From the NCBI GenBank assembly GCA_964439325.1, contig CAYTNW010000001.1:303621-367620 (forward strand): a stretch of 64,000 bases of DNA. Reading direction: 5' to 3'. The translations under genes and the position numbers were made by a program. Source of the stretch: an uncultured Leptospirales bacterium (GTDB taxonomy: Bacteria; Spirochaetota; UBA4802; UBA5550). This document shows, one piece after another, positions 47,842 through 56,887 of the stretch. Within the stretch, counting starts at the first letter, position 1. Each line of letters opens with the position of its first letter. The notes under the pieces are model-generated. The model saw only the letters and a list, made by a program, of their open reading frames with translations, searched no databases and was not told where the DNA came from.

Positions 47842-48060
47842 ATGAAATTAAAAGCGTTTTATATTTCTGTTTTTTTCTCCTTTTTCTTAATCGGCTGCAA
47901 TGAACAGGATTCACAGAACTGTAAAAACGAATGCAGGAATGTATATTCTGTCTGCCGGAAAACCTGTGAAACTAATTATACTTCCGGTACAGCTTCTTAT
48001 AATAATTGTCTCGATAACTGTGATGATGGTTATGAAGACTGTGCCGGTAAATGCTGGTAA
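47842..48060 (+). CDS. Cys-rich mini-lipoprotein (72 aa) with four CX3C motifs
   Basis: Lipobox LIGC. The mature part contains CKNEC, CRKTC, CLDNC and CAGKC. The ATG at 47842 lies downstream of the longer track ORF. Confidence 0.6.
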   Translation: MKLKAFYISVFFSFFLIGCNEQDSQNCKNECRNVYSVCRKTCETNYTSGTASYNNCLDNCDDGYEDCAGKCW

Positions 48061-48090
48061 ATAATTTAATCGTTAATAATTTTTTACGTC

Positions 48091-48121
48091 GTACCTCCGG
48101 TCTGACAGAGGTACTTTTTTT
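48091..48121. terminator. Hairpin terminator between convergent genes
   Basis: gtacctc / gaggtac stem followed by ttttttt. Confidence 0.7.
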
Positions 48122-48132
48122 ACAAAAAAATT

Positions 48133-49887
48133 CTACGGCTTTATAACATCAGTCAGCTTCAGGTCATCAGAGTTAAGTACAATAATAGTTTTATCCTCTC
48201 TGTTGATATAGATGCTCTTTTCAAAGAATGTGATAAAGGTGTTTTCGTTTAATTTTTCCGATGATTTTGACACAAGCTTCAGGCTTGTATCAAACTTACC
48301 GAGGTAGAAACCGTCATTCTCCTTGACGATCGCGTAGATAAAATTATCCTTTATCTCTATAAAACTTCTCCAGAAGATATTGTCGACACCGGTCTTTGTC
48401 GCCTTCAGCGTCTCCCTGTCAAGAAGAGTAAGCCTGTGACCGGCCTGGTGCGTTCCTGCATGCGTGATCACCGCAATCCCGCCGGAGAAGACATCATATC
48501 TGCGGCCGCATATTGTCGTCACCGGTGACTGGAACTCGATTTTTTTCGTAGAAGTATTTATCATGTACATCACGTTGTTGTAATGTCCCCCTTCGAGGTA
48601 CTCTTTCACCTCAAGGTAGTAGACTTTAAGACCGAAAACCTCCCTGCCGGTATCTCCCGACTTCAGTCTGTCTTCCCGTTTATCGAGCTCCTTCTCCTTC
48701 TCTTTCAGGGCTTCCTCTTTTTTCTTCAGGGCTTCGTCCTGCGCGGCTTTTTCAACCGGTTTCTCTTTTCCGGCATCTTTTGTTTCACCGGTTGTTTTTT
48801 CTTTATCAGCGGTCTCTTTCGGCGTATCTTTATCTGTTTTCTCTTTCTTTACATCATCCTCTTTCTTCTTTATATCCTCTTCTTTCTTTACAATCTCCTT
48901 CTCATCTTTTTTGTTCCGGTTTTCGTTTTCAGCGACTCTCTTTTTCTCTTCGGTAATCTTTTTCTCCTCTTTCTTTACCTCTTCCTCTTTTTTCTTTATC
49001 TCATCCTCTTTTGCTTTTCTCTTTTCAGGTTCTTTTATCTTTGAGGTATCCTCTTTCTCTTTTTTGATCTCCTCTTTTTTCTTCTCAATCTTTACTTCTT
49101 TCTCCTCTACCTTCTTTTTCGCGGTTTCAGTCTCCTTCTTCTTCTCAACCAGTTTCTTTTTATCTTCATCAAGGTTCTTTTTCGACCTGTCAATGTCCTT
49201 CTCTTTTATGTTCACCATCTCGTTTCTGATGGTTTTGTCATCCTTCTCCCTCCTCACCTCTTTTTTTACTCTGTCATCTGAGATCACAAAGGGGTCTATG
49301 CCCCCTATCTCTCCGCGCTTATTCTGCTCTGTCAGAGGGATAATAATCGCGGTTTTACCGGGCCAGTCGCTCCACAGTGTCGAGAGACCGGCATTCTCCT
49401 TCGTGATATGTTTCATAACGGTGCTGCAGTATTTTGAGGAGAAATAGCCGGTATTCCCCCTGTATATCGCGTTGTAGTAAGATGTGTATAACGCGATGGT
49501 GTCGGCTTCTTTCTGTGTGTATCCATACAGCCCTTCGAGATATGCGGAGATGATGCGTCTGATATTGCGTATATGGTCTACCCTGGCTTCTTTATCGATA
49601 AAGATGATATCTGCGGAAAACTTCTCTTTTTCCTCTTTTGAAATAGCCCGTAACACGGAATATTTCATGTTGAAACGGGATAAACTGTCAGGTTTGACAT
49701 TTTTTACAATATATGAAAGTCTGTAACCGATAGATTTGATTTCGCTGACGCTCTCGCTTTTACTCTCCCTGCCGGTGAAATTGATAAAATCTATTTTTTT
49801 ACTCTTAATTTCATCTATATCCACTTCGTAGGAGTAGAGAGAGGGGGAAAACATAATCAATATCATCGCGAATATATACTTTTTCAT
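48133..49887 (-). CDS. P83/100-family spirochaetal protein
   Basis: Signal peptide. The N-terminal block IRNIRRIISAYL...YYNAIYRGNTGYF...ITKENAGLSTLWSDWPGKTAIIIPL closely resembles the Borrelia P83/100 block as I recall it (LRRILTGYL...IYNAVYRGD...SKENAGLSRVYSQWAGKTQIFIPL). It has a long K/E-rich central coil and a conserved-looking C-terminal domain. Confidence 0.8.
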   Translation of the reverse strand: MKKYIFAMILIMFSPSLYSYEVDIDEIKSKKIDFINFTGRESKSESVSEIKSIGYRLSYIVKNVKPDSLSRFNMKYSVLRAISKEEKEKFSADIIFIDKEARVDHIRNIRRIISAYLEGLYGYTQKEADTIALYTSYYNAIYRGNTGYFSSKYCSTVMKHITKENAGLSTLWSDWPGKTAIIIPLTEQNKRGEIGGIDPFVISDDRVKKEVRREKDDKTIRNEMVNIKEKDIDRSKKNLDEDKKKLVEKKKETETAKKKVEEKEVKIEKKKEEIKKEKEDTSKIKEPEKRKAKEDEIKKKEEEVKKEEKKITEEKKRVAENENRNKKDEKEIVKKEEDIKKKEDDVKKEKTDKDTPKETADKEKTTGETKDAGKEKPVEKAAQDEALKKKEEALKEKEKELDKREDRLKSGDTGREVFGLKVYYLEVKEYLEGGHYNNVMYMINTSTKKIEFQSPVTTICGRRYDVFSGGIAVITHAGTHQAGHRLTLLDRETLKATKTGVDNIFWRSFIEIKDNFIYAIVKENDGFYLGKFDTSLKLVSKSSEKLNENTFITFFEKSIYINREDKTIIVLNSDDLKLTDVIKP

Positions 49888-49916
49888 TTTTAACTCCTGA
49901 AATTAAAGAACGCTTT

Positions 49917-49944
49917 CTTATAATAATATTCTCAAACCTGACAA
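49917..49944 (-). promoter_or_regulatory. Putative promoter TTGTCA - 16 nt - TATAAG for the P83/100 gene
   Basis: The minus strand reads ttgtca ggtttgagaatattat tataag. CAGGAG RBS lies 6 nt before the ATG. Confidence 0.35.
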
Positions 49945-49990
49945 TTAACTTCAACAATTTTCGTTAAAAAAAGGTTCTTTTCTATAGTCT

Positions 49991-50148
49991 CCTGAAAAAG
50001 TCCATCCCTGGCTTTTTCAGGGCCGGTTTCGTGAAGTGAATTCACGAAACCTTACATTTTCAAGGCTTTTTTAAAACTGATTTGCCTTGAAAATGGTGAT
50101 ACATCCGTGTATCACTTTAACTGTTTCCTGTTTACAGGAAACAGTTAA
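49991..50148. repeat. Array of five consecutive perfect inverted repeats (stems 10, 11, 12, 8 and 14 bp)
   Basis: Stem 1: cctgaaaaag/ctttttcagg (49991-50021). Stem 2: ggtttcgtgaa/ttcacgaaacc (50025-50051). Stem 3: cattttcaaggc/gccttgaaaatg (50055-50095). Stem 4: gtgataca/tgtatcac (50096-50115). Stem 5: ttaactgtttcctg/caggaaacagttaa (50117-50148). Confidence 0.95.
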
Positions 50149-50295
50149 TCAAAACATGACAGATGAGGTTGTGCAGAGTTCTCAATGTACTGTTTTTTCC
50201 GTACCGGAGTTCAAAATTAGTTTCTACTTGACGGGATTTTTTGTTTTTCTATGCTGATTGGTAAAAGAATTCAATCAGAGGCATCAATAATAATT

Positions 50296-50928
50296 ATGGC
50301 ATTAACAAAGGCATACCTTTTCGATTTTGACGGGACCCTCGTGGATACGATGTCCGGTTTTGCCGATATCGCGGCCAGAGTAATAAACCGGTTTAATCCT
50401 GAAATTCCGCTGGAAAAGGCAAGGGCAAGATATCTTGAAACATCAGGGAATCCTTTTTTTCAGCAGCTGGAGATAATTACTCCGGGGGACCCCGCAAACA
50501 GTGAAAAAGCGAGGATTTTTGAAGAGACAAAGATCGAGGGATTTTTTAACTCCAGGTTTACATCGGAGGTCAGGGATACGATAAACGAGCTGCGGGCAAG
50601 GGGACATATTGCCGGGATCGCGTCGAATAATTTTCAGGAACTTATTGACAGGTTTGTAGCCGGCGAAAAACTTGATTTTGATATAGTCCTCGGTTTCAGA
50701 AACGGTTTCGAAAAGGGGAAGGCTCATTTTGATTATGTAAGAGAAAAATTCAACCTTCAAAAAGAGGAGATCACCTTTGTCGGTGATTCTCTGAAAGACG
50801 CGGAGAAAGCCTTCGCCTACGGGTTGAAATTTGTCGGAATATGCGGTACATTCAGAAGAGCGGATTTTCTTAAAATACGCGAAGATATTGTAACAATTGA
50901 AAATATAAAGGAACTGTTAAACTTATGA
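50296..50928 (+). CDS. HAD-superfamily hydrolase (phosphatase, PGP-like subfamily)
   Basis: Motif I LFDFDGTLVDT; motif II ASN; motif IV VGDSLKDAE. The start at 50296 is preferred because it places DxD ~10 residues from the N-terminus; the track start is 50251. Confidence 0.8.
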   Translation: MALTKAYLFDFDGTLVDTMSGFADIAARVINRFNPEIPLEKARARYLETSGNPFFQQLEIITPGDPANSEKARIFEETKIEGFFNSRFTSEVRDTINELRARGHIAGIASNNFQELIDRFVAGEKLDFDIVLGFRNGFEKGKAHFDYVREKFNLQKEEITFVGDSLKDAEKAFAYGLKFVGICGTFRRADFLKIREDIVTIENIKELLNL

Positions 50929-51656
50929 GAGCTATTGTACTTGCGGCAGGAACAGGGAGCAGACTCGGCGAAATAACCAAGGCCAGGACCAAGGGTATGG
51001 TTCCGGTAAAGGGGAAAAAGCTTATAGACTATCTGCTGGAGTTTCTTGAAAAAGATTTTTTCGACGAGATTATCGTCGTCGGGGGGTTCTGCTATGAGGA
51101 CCTTCGTAACCACATCATGACCCTGAACTATAAGAATGTCCGGGTCATTGAAAATAAGGAGTATCTTAAGGGGAATATATTCACTCTTGTGACGGCGCTG
51201 AAGGAGTTCAGGGACGATTCGTTTCTTATAACAAATGTGGACCATATCTATCCCCCTGTGATGTTTAAAAAAATGAAGGAATCGATGTCCGGCATTACTG
51301 CCATGTGCGACTTCGACAGGAGCCTCGGCGCCGATGACATGAAGGTGAAGCTTGAAGAGGTCGGACGCAAGATATCCTCGATAAGCAAGCAGCTTGAGGT
51401 GTTTGACTGCGGATATATCGGCATGACATACGTCGATAAAAAGAGCGAAGCATACTATAGGATGTCTGTGGCAAAGACTATTGAAAAGGTCGGAGAGAAG
51501 GCTGTGGTTGAAAACGTTCTGCAGCTGATGGCGGACGACAGGCTCAACGCCCCGAAGATCTGCGACCTGTCCGGTTTCGGCTGGTACGAGGTCGATACAG
51601 AAGAGGATCTCCTCAGGGCGGAGAAGGGCCTTGAGCATGACTCAAATTTTAATTAA
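50925..51656 (+). CDS. Nucleotidyltransferase (NTP_transferase fold; LicC/sugar- or phospho-alcohol-cytidylyltransferase-like)
   Basis: MRAIVLAAGTGSRLG signature. 4-nt overlap with the HAD gene. The substrate cannot be assigned from sequence. Confidence 0.7.
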   Translation: MRAIVLAAGTGSRLGEITKARTKGMVPVKGKKLIDYLLEFLEKDFFDEIIVVGGFCYEDLRNHIMTLNYKNVRVIENKEYLKGNIFTLVTALKEFRDDSFLITNVDHIYPPVMFKKMKESMSGITAMCDFDRSLGADDMKVKLEEVGRKISSISKQLEVFDCGYIGMTYVDKKSEAYYRMSVAKTIEKVGEKAVVENVLQLMADDRLNAPKICDLSGFGWYEVDTEEDLLRAEKGLEHDSNFN

Positions 51657-51668
51657 TTGAGGTTCGGA

Positions 51669-52178
51669 ATGTCTCATAATCTTGTTTTTTATGGAAATCA
51701 GACCCTCTCGTCGGTGGCGGAGAGAGTTGAAAATATTGATGACAGCATTATATCGGTCATAAACGAAATGTTTGATATAATGTATAAAGAGAAGGGTGTA
51801 GGGCTCGCGGCCCCTCAGATAAACCTCGGCAGGAGGATAATCGTAATAGATACCGGCGAGGAGAGGAACAGTACGAAGATCGCGCTGATCAATCCTGAGA
51901 TCACGGCGTTTTCCGATAAGGTTGAGCCGTATGAAGAGGGGTGTCTCTCTCTCCCCAGAATATGGCAGGACGTCATAAGACCTGTTGAAGTTACGGTAAA
52001 GGGTATAAACACAAAGGGGGAGGAGGTCAAGCTAAACGCCGGGGGTTTCTTCGCCAGGGTGCTTCAGCATGAGGTGGACCATCTCAACGGAATACTCTTC
52101 ATAGACAGAATAGAAAAGTATCTGAAGGATGAACTGAGGACCGAACTGAAAAAGATCAAGAAGCTGAATAAAAAGTAA
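51669..52178 (+). CDS. def: Peptide deformylase
   Basis: GVGLAAPQI, EGCLS and HEVDHLNG. ATG 51669 lies 6 nt after GAGG; the track start is TTG 51657. Confidence 0.95.
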   Translation: MSHNLVFYGNQTLSSVAERVENIDDSIISVINEMFDIMYKEKGVGLAAPQINLGRRIIVIDTGEERNSTKIALINPEITAFSDKVEPYEEGCLSLPRIWQDVIRPVEVTVKGINTKGEEVKLNAGGFFARVLQHEVDHLNGILFIDRIEKYLKDELRTELKKIKKLNKK

Positions 52179-52188
52179 AAGTGGTAAT

Positions 52189-53118
52189 ATGAGAATAGGT
52201 TTTTTCGGAACACCGGACATTGCGTCTCATGTGCTTCAGCGCCTGTGCAGGGAACACGAAGTGGTGTTTCTCGTGGCGCCTGAGGACAAAAGGTGCGGAA
52301 GAAATCTTCGCGTGCAGTGCTGCGCTTCGAAAGAGATTGCCGAGTGCGAGGATATAACCGTGCTGCAGCCGGCGACCCTTAAAGCGCCTGAATTTCTCGA
52401 AGAGCTGAAGAGTTACAATGCCGACATCTTTGTCGTCGTAGCATATGGAAAACTTATTCCGCGTTCAATATTCTCTCTGCCCGAACTCGGCACCATTAAC
52501 CTTCATCCGTCGCTACTTCCGAAGTACAGGGGAGCCGCTCCGGTCGAGTGGGCCATTATCAACGGCGAGAGCGAGACCGGTGTTACGGTGCAGATGATCA
52601 ACGAGAAACTCGATGCCGGAGATATAGTGCTTCAGGAGAAACTGCTGCTTGATGACACAATTACATCAGGCGAGCTGTATGAACTTGTAATGCCTCTCGG
52701 CGAGGAGCTTGTACTGAGGTCGATAGAACTTCTTTCAAAAGGGAAAGACCCGCTGGTTCAACAGGACCACGAAAAGGCGACATACTGCGGCAAGATCGAC
52801 AGGGAACTGGCGCAGATCAAATGGAACAGAACCGCATCCGAGATTCATAATCTTGTAAGGGGACTGAATCCTAAACCAGCGGCATGGACTACTTTCAGGG
52901 GGATGAATATCAAGATTTGGAAAACGGCCCCTTTCAGTGATGAAAATCTGAAGCTGAATCCGGGAAGGGTGATCAGGTATAATAAAAAACATCTTCTGGC
53001 CGGAACAGGTAACGGTATTATCGAGATACTTGAAATCCAGCCGGAGAACAAGAAGAGAATGGAAGGCCTTGCATTCATAAACGGGTACAGACTTGCAGAG
53101 GAAGAGTTTTTTGAGTAA
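52189..53118 (+). CDS. fmt: Methionyl-tRNA formyltransferase
   Basis: RIGFFGTPD, INLHPSLLPKYRGAAPVEWAIING, plus the C-terminal Fmt domain. It follows def directly. Confidence 0.95.
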   Translation: MRIGFFGTPDIASHVLQRLCREHEVVFLVAPEDKRCGRNLRVQCCASKEIAECEDITVLQPATLKAPEFLEELKSYNADIFVVVAYGKLIPRSIFSLPELGTINLHPSLLPKYRGAAPVEWAIINGESETGVTVQMINEKLDAGDIVLQEKLLLDDTITSGELYELVMPLGEELVLRSIELLSKGKDPLVQQDHEKATYCGKIDRELAQIKWNRTASEIHNLVRGLNPKPAAWTTFRGMNIKIWKTAPFSDENLKLNPGRVIRYNKKHLLAGTGNGIIEILEIQPENKKRMEGLAFINGYRLAEEEFFE

Positions 53119-53473
53119 TAAAACAGGTTACAAAGACAGAGATATAAACAGGAAGAGAGAGAGACGGGACAGCCGCAGACAATCGATGATCTCTTCCGAT
53201 ACTGACGTTCATCTCGGCCGTGAAAAGAGCAGGGCGAGAGACCTCAGGGAATCCTCCTGGTGGAAAGCCAGGATAGCTGCCGGTAGATGCTATTACTGCG
53301 GACAGACCTTTAAGCCCTCCGAATTGACTATGGACCATAAGATCCCTCTTTCAAGGGGGGGATCTTCGGAAAAGATGAATATCGTCCCTGCCTGCAAAGA
53401 GTGCAACAATAAAAAGAAGTATATGCTCCCCACTGAATGGGAAGAGTATATGAATAGAATAAAAAATCAGTAA
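53093..53473 (+). CDS. Small HNH endonuclease-domain protein with Arg/Lys-rich N-terminus
   Basis: CYYCG...TMDHKIPLSRGG...NIVPACKECNNKK is a CxxC...H-N-H...CxxC zinc-finger HNH. The start is uncertain: TTG 53093 overlaps fmt, and an internal ATG near 53186 is possible. Confidence 0.8.
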   Translation: MQRKSFLSNKTGYKDRDINRKRERRDSRRQSMISSDTDVHLGREKSRARDLRESSWWKARIAAGRCYYCGQTFKPSELTMDHKIPLSRGGSSEKMNIVPACKECNNKKKYMLPTEWEEYMNRIKNQ

Positions 53474-53688
53474 AAATTTATTTTTTAATTGTAAAAGCAT
53501 CTGAACCGATTATATAATAAGGTGTTTTTTTTAATACTGTCCGCTGAAAACTGAATTTTCTGATAATTATGTTTAAATGTTGGATGTTTTCAGCCTTTGA
53601 AATGCCTTGAAATCGGGGATTAGAGAGGGGTCAGAGCCTCTGTAGCCGTATAAGATGATTCGTTTTTATAATATGCCGGGAGAACAGA

Positions 53689-56151
53689 ATGCCTGATAAC
53701 AGAACTTTAAAGAAAGGTGAAGTGCTTTTCCTTCAGGGTGAAAACCCTGTAAAACTGTATATGCTCCAGGACGGCGAAATCGAGATCCTTTCGACTCCTG
53801 CCGAATTCATCGAACTCGATTCCGATATAGTTATAGATAAATCAATAAGGGTATGCAGTATCAAGGGACGGGCGATGCTGGTCGGTTTTTCCGGACTGCT
53901 TATTTCTACCTACGGCAAATCGGCGCGGGCAGTTGTCGATTCAGAAATAATAGAGTATCCATTAATGCAGGGGGGATTCGGCGGTGTTGCCCGGAATGAT
54001 ATCAACGGCTCAATTAATATGCTCCGGCAGGTTTTCAATATCTTTACTCTTTCACAGACCCAGTTAAAAAAGGCGCTGAGCCTTTATGTCCGCCTTGCCC
54101 AGATAGAGGATAACCTTCTTCTTTTATACAACCATCTTTCCAGCGGCAACGGTCCCGGGATTTTCAACAAAAGGGGTGATGATCTCGGTTCGATATACAA
54201 TTTCAGTAAAGGGAGGATTCCGGACAATGTCGCGGCGGATTTTCTGCTGGAGGATAAAAGCCAGTTTCTGAAAAAAAACTACTCCGACAAAATGATCAAA
54301 GAGGTAATCGGCGGCGATTATATCGAGCTGATAAAAAAGATCCTTAAACTCGATCCGCAGATTATCGCAGGGATAAACAAAAGTGATCCGGAGATCCCTG
54401 TGGCAATTTTTTCTTCGGTCTCTTCGGCGGTTAACGGTGTCCTTGACAATGTGCATGAGGTGACAGACAGGATCAACCAGAAGGTAAAGGCCCTTTTCGG
54501 AGGCCCGGAGAGCTGGGCCGGATATTTTACCAGGATGAACGGGATAAGAGACTGGAACGCATCGGGTCATGTTTCCCCCGATTTTTTCAGCAACATGATA
54601 AAGATCAACGCAAAGCTTGACTCCATGTATTCCGAAATAACCGGAAAACGTCTTGCGGGGCTCCCCGGTTATAACGAATTTATCAATGCTGTAAACTCCA
54701 CCGGAGCACGCGCTGAAAACAGGGCCGAGGCAGTGAAAGAGGAGGCTGCGCAGAAGTCTGTTGATGTCTCCGCCCCGGCGCTGATAAGTACCGGGCTCCA
54801 GAAGTCGATCTTCCAGATCTTTGAATTCTCAATGATTGAGAAGGATTTCCAGAACAGGATGCTGAAGCTGCTCAACGATTATAAGACCATGAGCGGGGCC
54901 TTGAGCGCTGAAAATGAAGCGAGAAAACTTCGCAGGCATATAACGCAGCTGTACTGGGATTTATATAAACAGGTCTTTACCAGGTCCAAAACCGAATCTT
55001 CTATTCCGAAAGCAGCGAAGCTGATGCTTACATTCGGATTTCTTGATGACCAGCTTCTTATACCGGAGCACATTGTCGAGCTGAATGATCTTGCAAGAAT
55101 AAGGGAGAGAGAGACCGATATACCGGTGGTCCTTGAGTATGAATTTTTGTCAAAGATCTATTCCGGACAGGAGGAGCCGAGTATCACAGAGATGGGTCTG
55201 ACTTACGATGCCTACCTCCGCGAGATGGAAAAAACCAGCAGAAAGGGGAAGGATGAGCTGTCCTCAAGGGCTGATTCCAACGACATGAATGTCCAGAAGA
55301 CGCTGCATGAGATATCCCAGAGGCTGAAGACTACCGCGGCCGTATGTTCGGGGTCTACCGTAACGGCGTTTCCGATCCTTACCTCGGAGACTGCGAGGGG
55401 GAGCCTTAAAAGCATGTATGTGTCTAAAAGCAGGCTCGACTCCATTGTGAAAAAACTTATCGATATAGATTTCTCCCTCTTCTACCGGGAGACTGTTTTA
55501 AAACTCGACTCATCGAGAGAGATTATACAGGAGGAGATCCTGCCGTATTTTGTTCTTGTTCCGATCATCGGAAAGAAGACCCTTCTCTGGCAGGAGATTT
55601 CGGGCAATAACAAGAGGTCGATGGGAAGATTTATGGTGCCGATACTTTACAACGGCGATCTCGAAAAAAGCCTCATGCATTCATTCGCCTGTTTCAGGTG
55701 GGAGCTTACAAAGAACATCAAGGGCGCCATGTGGGCCGATCCTATCGAGGGTGGCATAACGGGCGAATACTTTGATTACGTGAATAACTTTAAAAAGAAT
55801 TCAAAACTCTCTCCGGACATGAAAGAGAAGATCGCGATGAGGTTTAAAAGTTTAAGGACAAACCGCGACCGCTTTGCCGATGATTATTCAATGTGGGTCG
55901 AGTACGAGCGCGAGGGGATAATGAAACTGAACACCGTCGTAAGGGAGATGTTCTTCAAGCATATTCCGTTCAGGAAAGAGGTCAGGGACAACCTGGAGAA
56001 TATGCCGGCGTTCAACAAGTTTACGAACAGGTTCAAGAATATCCATAACAGGGAATTCGCCGCATATGAAAGGAAGTTTAAAAAATACCAGGACGAAAAC
56101 GGTACATATCCTAAGGAGATACAGACTTTTTTTGATTTTTTAAAGATGTAG
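53689..56151 (+). CDS. Large (820 aa) protein with N-terminal cyclic-nucleotide-binding-like domain; remainder unknown
   Basis: LKKGEVLFLQGENPVKLYMLQDGEIEI ... GFSGLL ... KSARAVVDSEIIEYPL fits the cNMP-binding beta-barrel pattern, with Lys in place of the usual phosphate-binding Arg. No motif recognised in residues ~130-820. Confidence 0.6.
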   Translation: MPDNRTLKKGEVLFLQGENPVKLYMLQDGEIEILSTPAEFIELDSDIVIDKSIRVCSIKGRAMLVGFSGLLISTYGKSARAVVDSEIIEYPLMQGGFGGVARNDINGSINMLRQVFNIFTLSQTQLKKALSLYVRLAQIEDNLLLLYNHLSSGNGPGIFNKRGDDLGSIYNFSKGRIPDNVAADFLLEDKSQFLKKNYSDKMIKEVIGGDYIELIKKILKLDPQIIAGINKSDPEIPVAIFSSVSSAVNGVLDNVHEVTDRINQKVKALFGGPESWAGYFTRMNGIRDWNASGHVSPDFFSNMIKINAKLDSMYSEITGKRLAGLPGYNEFINAVNSTGARAENRAEAVKEEAAQKSVDVSAPALISTGLQKSIFQIFEFSMIEKDFQNRMLKLLNDYKTMSGALSAENEARKLRRHITQLYWDLYKQVFTRSKTESSIPKAAKLMLTFGFLDDQLLIPEHIVELNDLARIRERETDIPVVLEYEFLSKIYSGQEEPSITEMGLTYDAYLREMEKTSRKGKDELSSRADSNDMNVQKTLHEISQRLKTTAAVCSGSTVTAFPILTSETARGSLKSMYVSKSRLDSIVKKLIDIDFSLFYRETVLKLDSSREIIQEEILPYFVLVPIIGKKTLLWQEISGNNKRSMGRFMVPILYNGDLEKSLMHSFACFRWELTKNIKGAMWADPIEGGITGEYFDYVNNFKKNSKLSPDMKEKIAMRFKSLRTNRDRFADDYSMWVEYEREGIMKLNTVVREMFFKHIPFRKEVRDNLENMPAFNKFTNRFKNIHNREFAAYERKFKKYQDENGTYPKEIQTFFDFLKM

Positions 56152-56230
56152 TTTTGACTCAGGCGGTTTCAATACCTCCCGGCAGTCAATGGCGGGGTGT
56201 AAGAGTATATTTGAATCTAAGGATAAGGTT

Positions 56231-56887
56231 ATGATTTTACATGGAAGAGTAAGCCGTAAAGTATTCACTTTTTCTGTTTTCCTGCTTATGATCAACGCTG
56301 CGGCCTGTGCGTCGGGACAGACCGACGGAAATAAGGTGTTGTTTAAAGACAACAGCGGCTCAATTATAAGTTCCGGCGATTCAAAAAAATACAACGACCT
56401 GCTTGTGGATTTAAAAAGCTACTCCACTAACGGCGGTCTTTACCAGACCAAATATGAAAAGCTTCTGCTTTCGCTTGCCGGAGAAATTGTCGAAGGTCAG
56501 GACCTTGACGTTTCAAAAGGGAGCATAGGGTTCTATTACGATAAAAAATCTGAAAGAAGAGACAGGCTGTTTTTCGGTGTCGATATCAATACCGTGAAGG
56601 AGGGGCCTCTCGATTACGGCAGGTTTTCTGTTAAACTGATAAAGGAGAATGTCAGCGGTCTTGTCGATCTGATGTATAAATATAAGGTAATACTCACCGA
56701 GAACGAAGTAGTAGGCCTGGTGATAGGGTTCAAATGGATAGAGAGCGGAAATCCCCAGCAGGTGAACATCTGGATCAGAAAAGACGACCTTCAGCCTTTT
56801 TATGAAGGAAAGATCACCCTGAATGAGATGTATCAGAGAAGCACAATTACCAATACAAACGGAAAAATCATACTTCTGCCAATATAG
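56231..56887 (+). CDS. Hypothetical lipoprotein
   Basis: The ATG at 56231 gives MILHGRVSRKVFTFSVFLLMINAAAC (lipobox). No further motif. Confidence 0.55.
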   Translation: MILHGRVSRKVFTFSVFLLMINAAACASGQTDGNKVLFKDNSGSIISSGDSKKYNDLLVDLKSYSTNGGLYQTKYEKLLLSLAGEIVEGQDLDVSKGSIGFYYDKKSERRDRLFFGVDINTVKEGPLDYGRFSVKLIKENVSGLVDLMYKYKVILTENEVVGLVIGFKWIESGNPQQVNIWIRKDDLQPFYEGKITLNEMYQRSTITNTNGKIILLPI

